This document shows, in pieces, positions 1-8,965 of a stretch of 64,000 bases of DNA. The translations under genes and the position numbers were made by a program. The DNA is from Escherichia phage vB_EcoM_DalCa. The number at the start of each line of letters is the position of its first letter. Position 1 is the stretch's first letter. The notes beneath the pieces were generated by a model. That model was not told the DNA's origin and did no database searches. It was given only the letters and a program-made list of their open reading frames with translations. The DNA lies in sequence record NC_054908.1; one strand, given 5' to 3'.

Positions 1-1310
1 TAATGGTTAATCTGCTTATTAAATAATGGAATGTACTTTTTAATAATAGCACCTTTAATACCAGAATCTTTGAGCATATCAGTCAAAATTCCTCGGTGGT
101 ATTTTTCCATTACTAAATTAGTTTTTGTCTTAACAATTTTATCAAGTTCTTCTTGAAGCAGTGCTATTTCATCAGCATGGTCAATAAACTCAGAAGATGC
201 TTTTTCTATAGCCGCTTTAACTTTTTTAGCTTTATCTACCGTCGTGATTAGAGATTGCTTTTTATTGCGAATATCATTTGCCAACGACTGCTGGGTTTTA
301 ATATTATCTCGGTATTCATCAACAAGAACTTTTAAATTATCACGGTGTGTTGAAAGCTGTTCAAATGAATGCGTACATTCAGAAACTTTATCTTTAATTT
401 TAGAAACAACTTTATCACCGGAACTTAATTGTGACAAACAGGTTGGACATAATCCACCTTCATGATACATATTAATGACTTTATTATACGAGTCAATTTT
501 TGATTTAATTAAAAATGCTTCTTGACCGATTTTATTAAATGCATCAGTCGGGTCTTCATCTAAAACAATATTAACTAATCTTTCATTAGCTTCTTCTATT
601 TCCGATTTTAGCGTTCTAGCTTCTTTTGCCAAATCATCATACATATTCTGCAGACGAGTAAGGTTGTCACCAGACAATTTTTTCTGGCGTTCAACGTTAT
701 CATTATATATTTTAATTTGTTGGATAATACTATCTTTTTTAACATCAAGCACTTGGTTCTGCGAATTTAATTCACGTATTAGTGCTTTATTAAGCTTATC
801 CATTTCAGCTAATGTTCCTACCTCAAGCAGGTCTTCCACAAGCTTTCTTCGTGCAGGGGTCGACAAACCCATGAAAGGGGTATACCCTGCTGTACCAAGG
901 ACAACAATCTGCTTGAAACTGGCATATGACATTCCGATAAGCTGTTCAAATTCTGCTTGGAAATCTTTACTGCTGGCAGATTCATTAAGACGTGTACCGT
1001 TAACGGTGATTTCGAAAACGTTTGGTTTTTGTCCTCTTTTGATATAGTACTTTTTCTCATCATATTCCATCCACAGTTCAACTAAAAGTTCTTTCTTATT
1101 TGTGCTGTTTATTAATTGACCTTTCTTTACATCACGAAATGGCTTACCAAAAAGCCCAAATGTGATGGCTTCTAGCATAGTAGACTTACCACCGCCATTT
1201 CGTCCAGTAATAAGAGTTTTTTGAACCTTATCTAATTGAATGTCAATAGGATTTCCACCTACTGACATTATATTTTGATACCTAACTCGGTTTAGTTTAA
1301 AATTCTTCAC
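1..1310 (-). CDS. 46: Recombination/repair nuclease ATPase subunit gp46 (Rad50/SbcC-like); N-terminal ~435 codons, 3' end cut by window edge
   Basis: Minus-strand frame open from ~1310 to the window edge by manual translation; Walker A GRNGGGKST near N-terminus; CxxC zinc-hook-like GGLCPTCLS around nt 430-460; apparent GTG start overlapping stop of upstream ORF; sits next to Mre11-like gp47 as in T4. Confidence 0.8.
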   Translation of the reverse strand, partial: MKNFKLNRVRYQNIMSVGGNPIDIQLDKVQKTLITGRNGGGKSTMLEAITFGLFGKPFRDVKKGQLINSTNKKELLVELWMEYDEKKYYIKRGQKPNVFEITVNGTRLNESASSKDFQAEFEQLIGMSYASFKQIVVLGTAGYTPFMGLSTPARRKLVEDLLEVGTLAEMDKLNKALIRELNSQNQVLDVKKDSIIQQIKIYNDNVERQKKLSGDNLTRLQNMYDDLAKEARTLKSEIEEANERLVNIVLDEDPTDAFNKIGQEAFLIKSKIDSYNKVINMYHEGGLCPTCLSQLSSGDKVVSKIKDKVSECTHSFEQLSTHRDNLKVLVDEYRDNIKTQQSLANDIRNKKQSLITTVDKAKKVKAAIEKASSEFIDHADEIALLQEELDKIVKTKTNLVMEKYHRGILTDMLKDSGIKGAIIKKYIPLFNKQINH

Positions 1311-1570
1311 AAAAGATTCCTTTTAATGTATCTTTTAGACCATTCTATCATATCATCATAATCTAAAAAGTATTCATCAAATTCAGCCATGCAAACAACA
1401 CCTTGTGCTGTTTTTGATGTAATATAAATTATTCCAACATATCTAGAATCTTCTTCGGTATAATCAATATTTGCTATGAATTCATCATTAATGTCAAATG
1501 TCGAAAACTTCACAATATGCATCCTTAATACAAGATACAGCCATATCTCGTAATGATTTAGGTGTGTCAT
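1307..1570 (-). CDS. Hypothetical small early protein (46.1-like position)
   Basis: 87-aa ORF between genes 47 and 46, same strand, tight packing. Confidence 0.45.
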   Translation of the reverse strand: MTHLNHYEIWLYLVLRMHIVKFSTFDINDEFIANIDYTEEDSRYVGIIYITSKTAQGVVCMAEFDEYFLDYDDMIEWSKRYIKRNLL

Positions 1571-1757
1571 TATCTAAAATGTTGAAGTTAAAAGATACAG
1601 CCCAGTCAGTGCAGACCGTAACCTTTTTAATACAATTATCTTCAACCTCTAGCGGTTCAAACCAATATTCAATAATTTCTTTATGACCAATATCATCTTT
1701 TACTTCGCATTCAAAATGCTGACTCATCATAACATTTTTAAATTCATCAAAAGTCAT
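1494..1757 (-). CDS. Hypothetical small early protein (46.2-like position)
   Basis: 87-aa ORF abutting stop of gene 47; overlaps the next ORF so true start may be internal. Confidence 0.45.
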   Translation of the reverse strand: MTFDEFKNVMMSQHFECEVKDDIGHKEIIEYWFEPLEVEDNCIKKVTVCTDWAVSFNFNILDNDTPKSLRDMAVSCIKDAYCEVFDI

Positions 1758-2773
1758 TGTGTTGCCTCTACATATAACTGATTTGCATATTGAATAAGTG
1801 CTTCGCGATCAGAATCAGTGATGTCTGGAATTGCATTAATGTATTCTTCCATCAACGTCTGAAGAGGTTGAACTTCAACTTCTTCACTGTCATCTGACTC
1901 GACAGAGTTATCAATCTTTGACACAACTCGTAATGAATGCACAACTTTTTCTAGTTCAGATTCGAACTTCGTTAGATTTTTGTCTACTTCAGTTACTATA
2001 ACACGTACTGATAGATTTGTAAAATCTTTATAGTCAATTTTTCCTTTAAATGGATAATGAATTCTACGATGCCAGGTAGTATTGTTTGGAATAAATTCCA
2101 TTCGTTCTGTTTCTGTATCAAACATCCAGAACCCACGAGGGTCATTCTCGTCACCTGCAGTTAGTGTCCATGGTGTCCCAATATATCTGACGTTTGCAGC
2201 CTCAGAAATAGTATGGAAGTGACCAGACCACACTTCTTTATAAGTCTTAAGGAAATCAGGTTCAAGACCATGAGATTTCATTCCTTTATAAAAATAAAAT
2301 CCATTCAGTTCCCAGTGACCAACACAAAAAGAAGCAGATGAAGTTTTGATGTGTTCAAGAATTTCACCAGTATTTTCTTCACACATCCAAGGAATTAAAT
2401 CAATTAAACATCCGTCAAAATCTACTGTAGTAGGCTTATCATATACTTTAACATTAGGATATTTAGCCAAAAGCTCAGTAGAGGCATTTGGAGTTAAAGT
2501 ATTTTTAAAGTGCATATCATGGTTTCCTACAATAGTATGTAGGGTAATACCAGCATCATCAAGCATTTGAACTATTTCACGAGCAAACTCCATAGTTTTA
2601 TGCGTGATCGCTTTTCGCACATCAAAAATATCGCCGTATTGAATCCAGGTAGTAATTCCATTTTTCTTAGAATATTCTATTGCTTGTTTAATTCCATCCA
2701 ACTGAATGGATTGAACCCACTCATCATCAGCTTTAACGCCTAAATGCCAATCACCTAAATTTAAAATTTTCAT
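1754..2773 (-). CDS. 47: Recombination/repair nuclease gp47 (Mre11/SbcD-like phosphoesterase)
   Basis: 339 aa; N-terminal LGDWHLG phosphoesterase motif, GNHD motif; length and position match T4 gp47. Confidence 0.9.
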   Translation of the reverse strand: MKILNLGDWHLGVKADDEWVQSIQLDGIKQAIEYSKKNGITTWIQYGDIFDVRKAITHKTMEFAREIVQMLDDAGITLHTIVGNHDMHFKNTLTPNASTELLAKYPNVKVYDKPTTVDFDGCLIDLIPWMCEENTGEILEHIKTSSASFCVGHWELNGFYFYKGMKSHGLEPDFLKTYKEVWSGHFHTISEAANVRYIGTPWTLTAGDENDPRGFWMFDTETERMEFIPNNTTWHRRIHYPFKGKIDYKDFTNLSVRVIVTEVDKNLTKFESELEKVVHSLRVVSKIDNSVESDDSEEVEVQPLQTLMEEYINAIPDITDSDREALIQYANQLYVEATQ

Positions 2774-2933
2774 ATATCAAGAACCGTCATTGAAATGCAA
2801 AATAAAATTATTGAAATAAATCCATCTGGAGTGCTAAAGAACCCAATCCAACATGCTCTAGTGAATAGATAAAATGCAAGAAAAAGTATCACATATCCAA
2901 GAAATATCATTATATCAAACTCCGTATAAAGCT

Positions 2934-2951
2934 AAAGGGCCGAAGCCCTTT
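2934..2951 (-). terminator. GC-rich stem-loop (tetraloop) at 3' end of a-gt, putative terminator/RNA-stabilising hairpin
   Basis: AAAGGGC-CGAA-GCCCTTT palindrome overlapping the a-gt stop; U-rich flank. Confidence 0.45.
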
Positions 2952-4152
2952 ATTTTGTAATAATGTCAAACTGTTCTTTAAAACAGAAGCTTGAATCTTG
3001 GTGCTGATACAAAAATTCATATGCTTTTTCTCGCTCACGGTCATAAAGAGCTCGGTCAGATGACAGTTCTTTAATACGTTCAAATGTTGATTCCATATCA
3101 TTTTCATCAAACCAAATGATACCGCTATCATGCGAGGTCAAAGGAGTATTATCAACACGGAATTTTAAATTTTCGCCAGTAGATTTCCAAAATACCGGAA
3201 TTGTTCCACACGCGCCAAGCTCGAGATGAGTATATTCTAAAGAACGTTGTAGATATTTTTTATCCAACTTACTCAACTGATAACCAAAACCGGATTTACT
3301 CATACGTTCAAGCATTTCGCTATTTACATAACGGTCAAGAATTTGCGTTGGCAAATTAGGAGCAATTTTAATTTGGTCTACTTGATGAAGACGATAATAC
3401 TCGTATGGAATTCCTTTTTCTTTAATAGGAATGAACGCTGGAGAACGTTCCAGACCTTCCATAATAGTACTTAGTCCTGCAGGTTTAAGATGTTTTTCAT
3501 GAAAATCAAACATCTGATAAAAACCTTTCCATGTAGTCGTACGACCAATCCAACGGTTGATATTCATGTTAATTTCAGAAACATCTTTCCAGTAGGTTGA
3601 TCGAACCTTCGCAATATCCATCGGAGGCTGAAAGTTATATACTGTCGGTGCTTCTTCAATATCATCAAACAGAGAAACTGTTTCTGGATACCATTCTTTC
3701 ATCAGAACTTTATTAAAATCGCCATTATCAGAATGGCTAAAAATAACATCAGCTCGACGAACAGTTTCTTCTAATCCCAAATTTCGACGCAAAGAAAGAG
3801 AAGAATGGTCATGTTGATAAACTACAACACGAACCGAAGGTTTAATGTTATCAATAATTTTTTTATAGTTATTAATAGTGTCTTCTTCAACTGAAGTAAC
3901 AGGAACTGAATTGATAATTAGAATATCACAATCATTTACCAGCTTAAGTGTTTTATCGTATTCTTTTGCCAATAAAACCGGAATTGAAAATGATTTATAA
4001 TCATGTGCACAGTTACGAGTAAATGATTTATCTTTAGCATAAACCAAAGTTACTTCATGACCATTTTTAATAAACCAATCACGTTGCTCAAGAGAAAATT
4101 TAGTTACACCACAACCTTCAAGACCTCGAGCCATAAAAATACATACTTTCAT
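2950..4152 (-). CDS. a-gt: DNA alpha-glucosyltransferase (glucosylates hydroxymethylcytosine)
   Basis: 400 aa, same length and position (downstream of 47) as T4 a-gt; recognised N-terminus MKVCIFMARGLEGCGVTKF. Confidence 0.85.
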   Translation of the reverse strand: MKVCIFMARGLEGCGVTKFSLEQRDWFIKNGHEVTLVYAKDKSFTRNCAHDYKSFSIPVLLAKEYDKTLKLVNDCDILIINSVPVTSVEEDTINNYKKIIDNIKPSVRVVVYQHDHSSLSLRRNLGLEETVRRADVIFSHSDNGDFNKVLMKEWYPETVSLFDDIEEAPTVYNFQPPMDIAKVRSTYWKDVSEINMNINRWIGRTTTWKGFYQMFDFHEKHLKPAGLSTIMEGLERSPAFIPIKEKGIPYEYYRLHQVDQIKIAPNLPTQILDRYVNSEMLERMSKSGFGYQLSKLDKKYLQRSLEYTHLELGACGTIPVFWKSTGENLKFRVDNTPLTSHDSGIIWFDENDMESTFERIKELSSDRALYDREREKAYEFLYQHQDSSFCFKEQFDIITK

Positions 4153-4176
4153 TTAATATCCTCTTTGTTTTGGTTT

Positions 4177-4201
4177 ATTTTACCAAAATTTTATAAAGCA
4201 A
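4177..4201 (-). promoter_or_regulatory. Candidate MotA-dependent middle promoter for a-gt
   Basis: On minus strand TTGCTTTAT (MotA-box-like) followed after about 11 nt by TAAAAT, about 25 nt upstream of a-gt ATG. Confidence 0.35.
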
Positions 4202-4202
4202 T

Positions 4203-4222
4203 ATAGGAGCCGAAGCTCCTAT
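4203..4222 (-). terminator. Putative intrinsic terminator upstream of a-gt promoter region
   Basis: ATAGGAGC-CGAA-GCTCCTAT hairpin followed on minus by A/T-rich run. Confidence 0.4.
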
Positions 4223-4395
4223 CCACATAATACGCCATACAGAGGCTCATTAGAACTTTTAAATTTTATGCGCTTATATTTTATAGTTCCTTCTGCTTTA
4301 GCTTTATCATGAGACGCTTTAAAGAGTCTCATCATTTCCTCTTTAGAGGAACGAATTTTATTATAATCTATTTCAGAAGTCTGGGTGTTCATCTT

Positions 4396-4602
4396 TCATA
4401 ACTGCCACCATTTTTTGACTTGATAAGAATCAACCCACACTTTCATATTAGGGTCTGCTCTTACAATAGGAGGATTAACTTCTTTAATTGAACTATCATG
4501 GTATTCTTTTTCAGAAATTTTCACACAAAGATGACCATTCAAAGATTCAGTAAATCCTGCATTAATTTTAAGACGCTTGAATTTTACGTGTGTAAGCATC
4601 AA
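4396..4602 (-). CDS. Hypothetical protein
   Basis: 68-aa ORF in a-gt/55 intergenic block. Confidence 0.4.
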   Translation of the reverse strand: MMLTHVKFKRLKINAGFTESLNGHLCVKISEKEYHDSSIKEVNPPIVRADPNMKVWVDSYQVKKWWQL

Positions 4603-4885
4603 TCATATCCTCAATTTGCGATCTAGTAGTCTTCCAAAGAATACTGATGAGTTCATCGTTATATGGCTGTTTTAGAATATCCCGACTTTTCTTGATAGCA
4701 TATTCGTATTGAGCAAAATTATTATTTTCAGCTGCAATCTGAGCGTGCTTATAAAGACGATTCAGTTCGCGTTTGTTTTTAGACAATAACTTATTTGCTT
4801 TTCTTTCTGCTTCAAGACGGTTCTTTTCTTCAATAGAAGAAATAAGCTTTTCCACTTCATCATTAATTTCGGGTTTATCAGTCAT
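4568..4885 (-). CDS. Hypothetical protein, K/E-rich predicted coiled-coil
   Basis: 105-aa ORF, charged heptad-like sequence. Confidence 0.5.
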   Translation of the reverse strand: MTDKPEINDEVEKLISSIEEKNRLEAERKANKLLSKNKRELNRLYKHAQIAAENNNFAQYEYAIKKSRDILKQPYNDELISILWKTTRSQIEDMIDAYTRKIQAS

Positions 4886-4886
4886 A

Positions 4887-5105
4887 TTATTTCTCTAATA
4901 TAAAATAAAAATCATCATCTGTTAAATGATACCTGTAATTTAATTCTACACCATTAGATTTAAAAGCGGTATCATACGGATTTTCTGGATCAATATCAAT
5001 GTCAAGAGCTAAAACTTCCCTGAGATACATTTTAAGTAAATAGGGAATAGCTTCAACTTCAGGTATTTCTTCCAAGAATCCGGAGAGGTTAATCGTTAGC
5101 CTCAT
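4887..5105 (-). CDS. Hypothetical protein
   Basis: 72-aa ORF immediately downstream of gene 55, 1-nt spacing. Confidence 0.45.
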
Positions 5106-5652
5106 ATAAAAAATCCAAACTAGGAGAATCGTCTACAACACTTTTCTTTTCAGCCCCCGGTGTTCTATAGGTTGATTCTTCGTAATGCGTCATTTTATCA
5201 TAGATGTCTTGAATAAAAGTTTCATCTACTAACGCAACCATATCGTCGTCACGGCTGTCATAGACATTGTGAACGAAGTAACTATATTTCTTTGCAACTT
5301 CCTTACGTTCTTTTTTAATACGTTGGACGAATGCATTAAAACAAGCTTGAGTTATATACGCATGTGGGTTTTTATATTTCGTTTCATCAAAATTATGAAG
5401 CCCCTTAATAGAAGCTTCTATACCATCTGCAATCATTTCTTGTTTCCAAGACTGGGTGTATCCTGAAAAGTTGAAACGTTTAGATAAGCCTTCTGCAATA
5501 AGCATAATGGCTAATCCGATAGTATCATTCTGACGAACTACTTTATTTGGGTCTTTATTATTTGCTAATTCTGTTTTCCAATCAATAATAGCTTGTAAAA
5601 GCTCTTTATTGTTTACGTAATTATATTTAGGCTTAGTTTCTGACATTTTCAC
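5089..5652 (-). CDS. 55: Late-transcription sigma factor gp55
   Basis: 187 aa; recognised T4 gp55 N-terminus [25 protein letters not shown]; conserved position. Confidence 0.9.
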
Positions 5653-5724
5653 CTCTTAGCTCAATTCATAGATCTATTATATCATAATATTTGAAGATCT
5701 ATCTTAAAGCATAGAGGATATCAG

Positions 5725-5994
5725 TTATCTAAGTAAACAGTATGCTTGGAACACTTTATCCATCATCTTTTTAAATTCATGAATATCTATATAATGACTA
5801 GTTAGATCAGCATGATATAAAAAGTCTAAAAACTTTTCATGTGTACTAGCATATTCGCTTTCATTTAATTCAGAAACATGGCTTTCCCAATATCCAACAC
5901 CAGTCTTATTTGGGAAAAATGAAATTTTCATGTATTGGTCAACATAGAAAATGCCATAATTTTCAATAGTAATAGAAATATTAATAAATTTCAT
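5725..5994 (-). CDS. Hypothetical protein
   Basis: 89-aa ORF, 55.x region. Confidence 0.45.
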   Translation of the reverse strand: MKFINISITIENYGIFYVDQYMKISFFPNKTGVGYWESHVSELNESEYASTHEKFLDFLYHADLTSHYIDIHEFKKMMDKVFQAYCLLR

Positions 5995-6206
5995 ACATTC
6001 ATCAACTTAGCCGCTTCAAGAGCTGCATCTAGTGAATCAAATTGGTCAACATATTCAATCAATTCGCCGTAATTAGCGTATAACCACCATTGACTGAATT
6101 CATATTCAAGGATAAATCCATTTCCCTCAATTTGAGTTAAACCAATGCCATTTGTATTTACTTCATATCCGGCAAGACGCAAATCGTTAATAAGAGCTTC
6201 GTTCAT
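5991..6206 (-). CDS. Hypothetical protein
   Basis: 71-aa ORF, start/stop overlap with neighbours. Confidence 0.5.
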   Translation of the reverse strand: MNEALINDLRLAGYEVNTNGIGLTQIEGNGFILEYEFSQWWLYANYGELIEYVDQFDSLDAALEAAKLMNV

Positions 6207-6208
6207 AA

Positions 6209-6535
6209 TTATGCCTTAGTAATTTTCAGGTCAGCAAATTTTTTCTTGCGTTGATTTTTCATGCGACGAATAGTTTTATCGGAAATTTCATGCTTTTGAT
6301 AAGCTTTAGATTCTACACCAAAAGCTTTAACATCAAATTCTGACAAGATATATTGAACCAATAATTCACGGACAGTATTGCGTCCAATCTTCTGATCATT
6401 CTGTTTCATCATTTGATGAAGCTCTTTTTCCCATTTATCCAAAATTTGAGGAGTTACAATATCGCCTTTTTCTAACAAAGAAACTACTTTATCATATGCG
6501 TAAGAATTGATGGCGTTTTTAATTTGAATAGTCAT
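6209..6535 (-). CDS. Hypothetical protein
   Basis: 108-aa ORF, basic C-terminus. Confidence 0.5.
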   Translation of the reverse strand: MTIQIKNAINSYAYDKVVSLLEKGDIVTPQILDKWEKELHQMMKQNDQKIGRNTVRELLVQYILSEFDVKAFGVESKAYQKHEISDKTIRRMKNQRKKKFADLKITKA

Positions 6536-6565
6536 ACATTATCCTCAATTGCATTAAAATTTTAT

Positions 6566-6589
6566 TATCCAAAAAGGGCCGAAGCCCTT
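6566..6589 (-). terminator. Intrinsic terminator
   Basis: On minus strand GGGC-UUCG-GCCC hairpin followed by UUUUUGGAUAAUAAAAUUUU. Confidence 0.6.
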
Positions 6590-6788
6590 AGCTAAACCGT
6601 TTGGCACCCTTCCAGCCTTCGTACATCATTGCAACTGATAATGACAAAGCTCCTTCGCATGCTGCATACTTATTATTCCAGAACCAATTTAGAAAAACTT
6701 CATCCTCAATACCATTGTGTTTCATGTTCTGGAAAAATTTGGCGCGTTCTTCAGCAATTCGCTGCGATAATTTAGATTCAGGATTCAT
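6588..6788 (-). CDS. Hypothetical protein
   Basis: 66-aa ORF followed by a strong hairpin plus U-tract. Confidence 0.45.
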   Translation of the reverse strand: MNPESKLSQRIAEERAKFFQNMKHNGIEDEVFLNWFWNNKYAACEGALSLSVAMMYEGWKGAKRFS

Positions 6789-7004
6789 TTAAATTTCCCA
6801 ATTACCATTTTCATCAATAAATTTAATCCAGTCATTTACTGACCACTTGGTCGTATCGCCTTTTGGAGTAACATTTAAAGTATATAGCCCTTGCTTAAAA
6901 AGCATTCGCTTGATATTCATATTTTCCTCAGCTGTAACGATAGCACTCGTTTGATTTGCGCTTAGCAACTCGTTGAGAAATATTGTAATCAAAATCATCG
7001 TCAA
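6789..7004 (-). CDS. Hypothetical protein
   Basis: 71-aa ORF. Confidence 0.45.
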   Translation of the reverse strand: MTMILITIFLNELLSANQTSAIVTAEENMNIKRMLFKQGLYTLNVTPKGDTTKWSVNDWIKFIDENGNWEI

Positions 7005-7221
7005 TGTAAACTGATTTTTTCAACTTTCTTACTTCGCCGCGTAATTGACGATTCAATTCATTCTTAACCTCTGAATCAACACCCCGCATACGTCGCCATT
7101 TATCTGAGCGAAAAATGTTTTCAACCATATCTTTATGACTTACACCATCAGGAGCTTTACGCTTTCCGAAATAGTCATAATCACGTACTTTTAAATCTTT
7201 ACGACGATACGTTTTACCCAT
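6928..7221 (-). CDS. Hypothetical basic protein
   Basis: ORF 6928..7260 trimmed to internal ATG (MGKTYRRK) preceded by AAGGAAA; highly basic. Confidence 0.4.
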   Translation of the reverse strand: MGKTYRRKDLKVRDYDYFGKRKAPDGVSHKDMVENIFRSDKWRRMRGVDSEVKNELNRQLRGEVRKLKKSVYIDDDFDYNISQRVAKRKSNECYRYS

Positions 7222-7396
7222 GGTGTTTAATTTCCTTAGCAACTGAACTAAATGCAACACGATCGCAAATCATGCGTTTATGTAACTTGAGTATAATATA
7301 GCAAACTTCAAAACTATTTACATGAGTAACACGAACAGCATTACCATTAATGAGATAATACTGTCCCTTTTTAATTTCTTTATCAACCACAACCAT
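7214..7396 (-). CDS. Hypothetical protein
   Basis: 60-aa ORF downstream of an early-type promoter. Confidence 0.35.
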   Translation of the reverse strand: MVVVDKEIKKGQYYLINGNAVRVTHVNSFEVCYIILKLHKRMICDRVAFSSVAKEIKHHG

Positions 7397-7426
7397 ATCA
7401 ATTCCTCAAAGGCAATTCATGTGTTA

Positions 7427-7455
7427 ATAATACCACAGTTTGAACTTGTTGTAAA
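7427..7455 (-). promoter_or_regulatory. T4 early-type promoter (sigma70-like, -35 TTTACA / -10 TATTAT, 17-bp spacer) with A/T-rich upstream element
   Basis: Plus strand ATAATA...17 nt...TGTAAACAACTTTGTGAAAATTATTTTA; reverse complement gives -35 GTTTACA and -10. Confidence 0.55.
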
Positions 7456-7529
7456 CAACTTTGTGAAAATTATTTTAGGGAATGATAAGAAGGGAACGAT
7501 AGCTTAGAATGGTAATATACAGAATGTGA

Positions 7530-7552
7530 GAAAGAAGGGCCCAGAGGGCCCG
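7530..7552 (-). terminator. Putative intrinsic terminator downstream of nrdH
   Basis: GGGCCC...GGGCCC palindromic hairpin followed on minus by UUCUUUCUC. Confidence 0.45.
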
Positions 7553-7554
7553 TC

Positions 7555-7878
7555 TTAGTCTTCTATGATATCTCTATCATATCCAAGTGAAATGAGAGTT
7601 TCTTTGAAGTGTTTAATGTTCTTTTGTCTAGAATCATTAATGAAAATGACAGGATACCGAATATTAAGAGATGTGAATCCGGCGCGTTTGGCAAGAGATA
7701 CAATCAGTGGACGATCATACTCAATCTTACCATTATTAGTAAGAACTTTATAGAAAGTAAAAGGAGCATTGAGCTCCTTTAGAAGTTTTGTAACTGATTG
7801 ACATCCAGGACAACGACCTACTTCATCTGGAATTCCATAGACTTCAATCTTATTCTTTAAGTTCGAGTTTTGTTCCAC
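7555..7878 (-). CDS. nrdH: Glutaredoxin-like protein (NrdH-like), probable GTG start
   Basis: CPGC redox motif in a thioredoxin-fold-sized product; ORF 7555..8007 trimmed to a GTG preceded by AAGGAA, because the ATG-initiated ORF would overlap the upstream gene by about 160 nt. Confidence 0.6.
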   Translation of the reverse strand: MEQNSNLKNKIEVYGIPDEVGRCPGCQSVTKLLKELNAPFTFYKVLTNNGKIEYDRPLIVSLAKRAGFTSLNIRYPVIFINDSRQKNIKHFKETLISLGYDRDIIED

Positions 7879-8161
7879 GAGAAATAATTCCTTGGTAAGC
7901 CCAATAAGGAGGATTAACAGAATCCTCACCAGAGTTTTCTTCAGGAAAATAAACCTGGATAACGAAGCCGGATTCATCAAAGGTAAAATAAACCGTAGGC
8001 AGTTCACCTAACAATTCTGCACGAGCATTAATTTCTTCGAGATCTCGTTCACGTCCAGCCCAAAAACTAGGATTTAGACTACATTCGTAAAAATAATAGT
8101 CATTACCGAACATATCAAACCCCTTCCAACTCTCTACTACATACCGCTCAAAACTAATCAT
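7850..8161 (-). CDS. Hypothetical protein
   Basis: 103-aa ORF between nrdG and nrdH. Confidence 0.5.
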   Translation of the reverse strand: MISFERYVVESWKGFDMFGNDYYFYECSLNPSFWAGRERDLEEINARAELLGELPTVYFTFDESGFVIQVYFPEENSGEDSVNPPYWAYQGIISRGTKLELKE

Positions 8162-8163
8162 AA

Positions 8164-8379
8164 TTAAGCCTTTTTATCAAGAACAGCATTCAGCTTGTTA
8201 GTAATTTTATCCAGACGCTCATTGAACTCACTAGAAGATAAGCCCTTTTCTGGAGAAATTAAACTAATCACGAAAAATATAGCAATAAAAGGAATAAGGA
8301 AAATAGCTCCAACTGCCATAAACAGAAAGAATGTTACAGTTGTAAGAAAATCAGCTAAACCTTTACGAAATTTATACAT
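8164..8379 (-). CDS. Hypothetical small membrane protein
   Basis: 71 aa with a long hydrophobic segment (TVTFFLFMAVGAIFLIPFIAIFFVISLI). Confidence 0.5.
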   Translation of the reverse strand: MYKFRKGLADFLTTVTFFLFMAVGAIFLIPFIAIFFVISLISPEKGLSSSEFNERLDKITNKLNAVLDKKA

Positions 8380-8494
8380 ATTTTACCCTTAATTGATTAA
8401 CCAAGCATTGATAAGCACTAAACTATATTGGGAATAAAATTCTGGACCAAAATGAAAAATCATATCATTTATAGTATCCATAATGTAATTCAAT

Positions 8495-8965
8495 TTAATC
8501 ATGTTTCCACACCCCATCGGTATTTGACCAAAGTCGCTGATTATCTGATCCTCGCCACAGCTTTTTAGTCGGAAGATTTTTCTCATACTTCCCATCAATA
8601 ATAACATCAACATATTTAAGCATTTCTAGTTGTTTAATATCTTCAAACTTATATCCTGTCCACAACCAAATGCTTTTATTGGGATAAAGATTTTTAATAG
8701 TTTGAACCACAGAGTGAATCACGTCTCTGTTATCAGGATAAAGAGGGTCACCTCCGGTTATAGTTAATCCTTCTATATAATCATTATTCAAACATTCAAT
8801 TAATTGTTCTAGTGTTTCACCAGTGAATGGAATACCATTTCTAGCATTCCATGTTGATTTATTATAACACCCTTCGCATTTATGCAAACAACCTGTAACG
8901 AAAAGAACGGTCCTGCAGCCAGGACCATTAACAAAATCGCAAGGATAAAATCTATCATAATTCAT
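8495..8965 (-). CDS. nrdG: Anaerobic ribonucleotide reductase activating protein (radical SAM)
   Basis: 156 aa; Cys cluster CLHKCEGCYN typical of glycyl-radical-activating enzymes; directly downstream of nrdD. Confidence 0.9.
   Translation of the reverse strand: MNYDRFYPCDFVNGPGCRTVLFVTGCLHKCEGCYNKSTWNARNGIPFTGETLEQLIECLNNDYIEGLTITGGDPLYPDNRDVIHSVVQTIKNLYPNKSIWLWTGYKFEDIKQLEMLKYVDVIIDGKYEKNLPTKKLWRGSDNQRLWSNTDGVWKHD

Noticed and set aside
244-1047. Plus-strand ORFs 244..465 and 664..1047, and minus ORF 818..1081
   Set aside because: They lie inside or antisense/out of frame to the long open minus-strand gene 46 reading frame that has Walker A and zinc-hook motifs; no independent support.
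2910-3131. Minus-strand ORF overlapping the 3' end of a-gt
   Set aside because: Alternative frame within a recognised gene; no RBS or conservation signal.
5700-5760. MotA-box-like ATGCTTTAA upstream of gene 55 as a middle promoter
   Set aside because: Spacing to the nearest TAnnnT -10 candidate is about 15 nt, longer than expected, and I could not verify it; left unannotated.
8389-8613. Minus-strand ORF overlapping the 3' part of nrdG
   Set aside because: Out-of-frame overlap with a well-supported gene.
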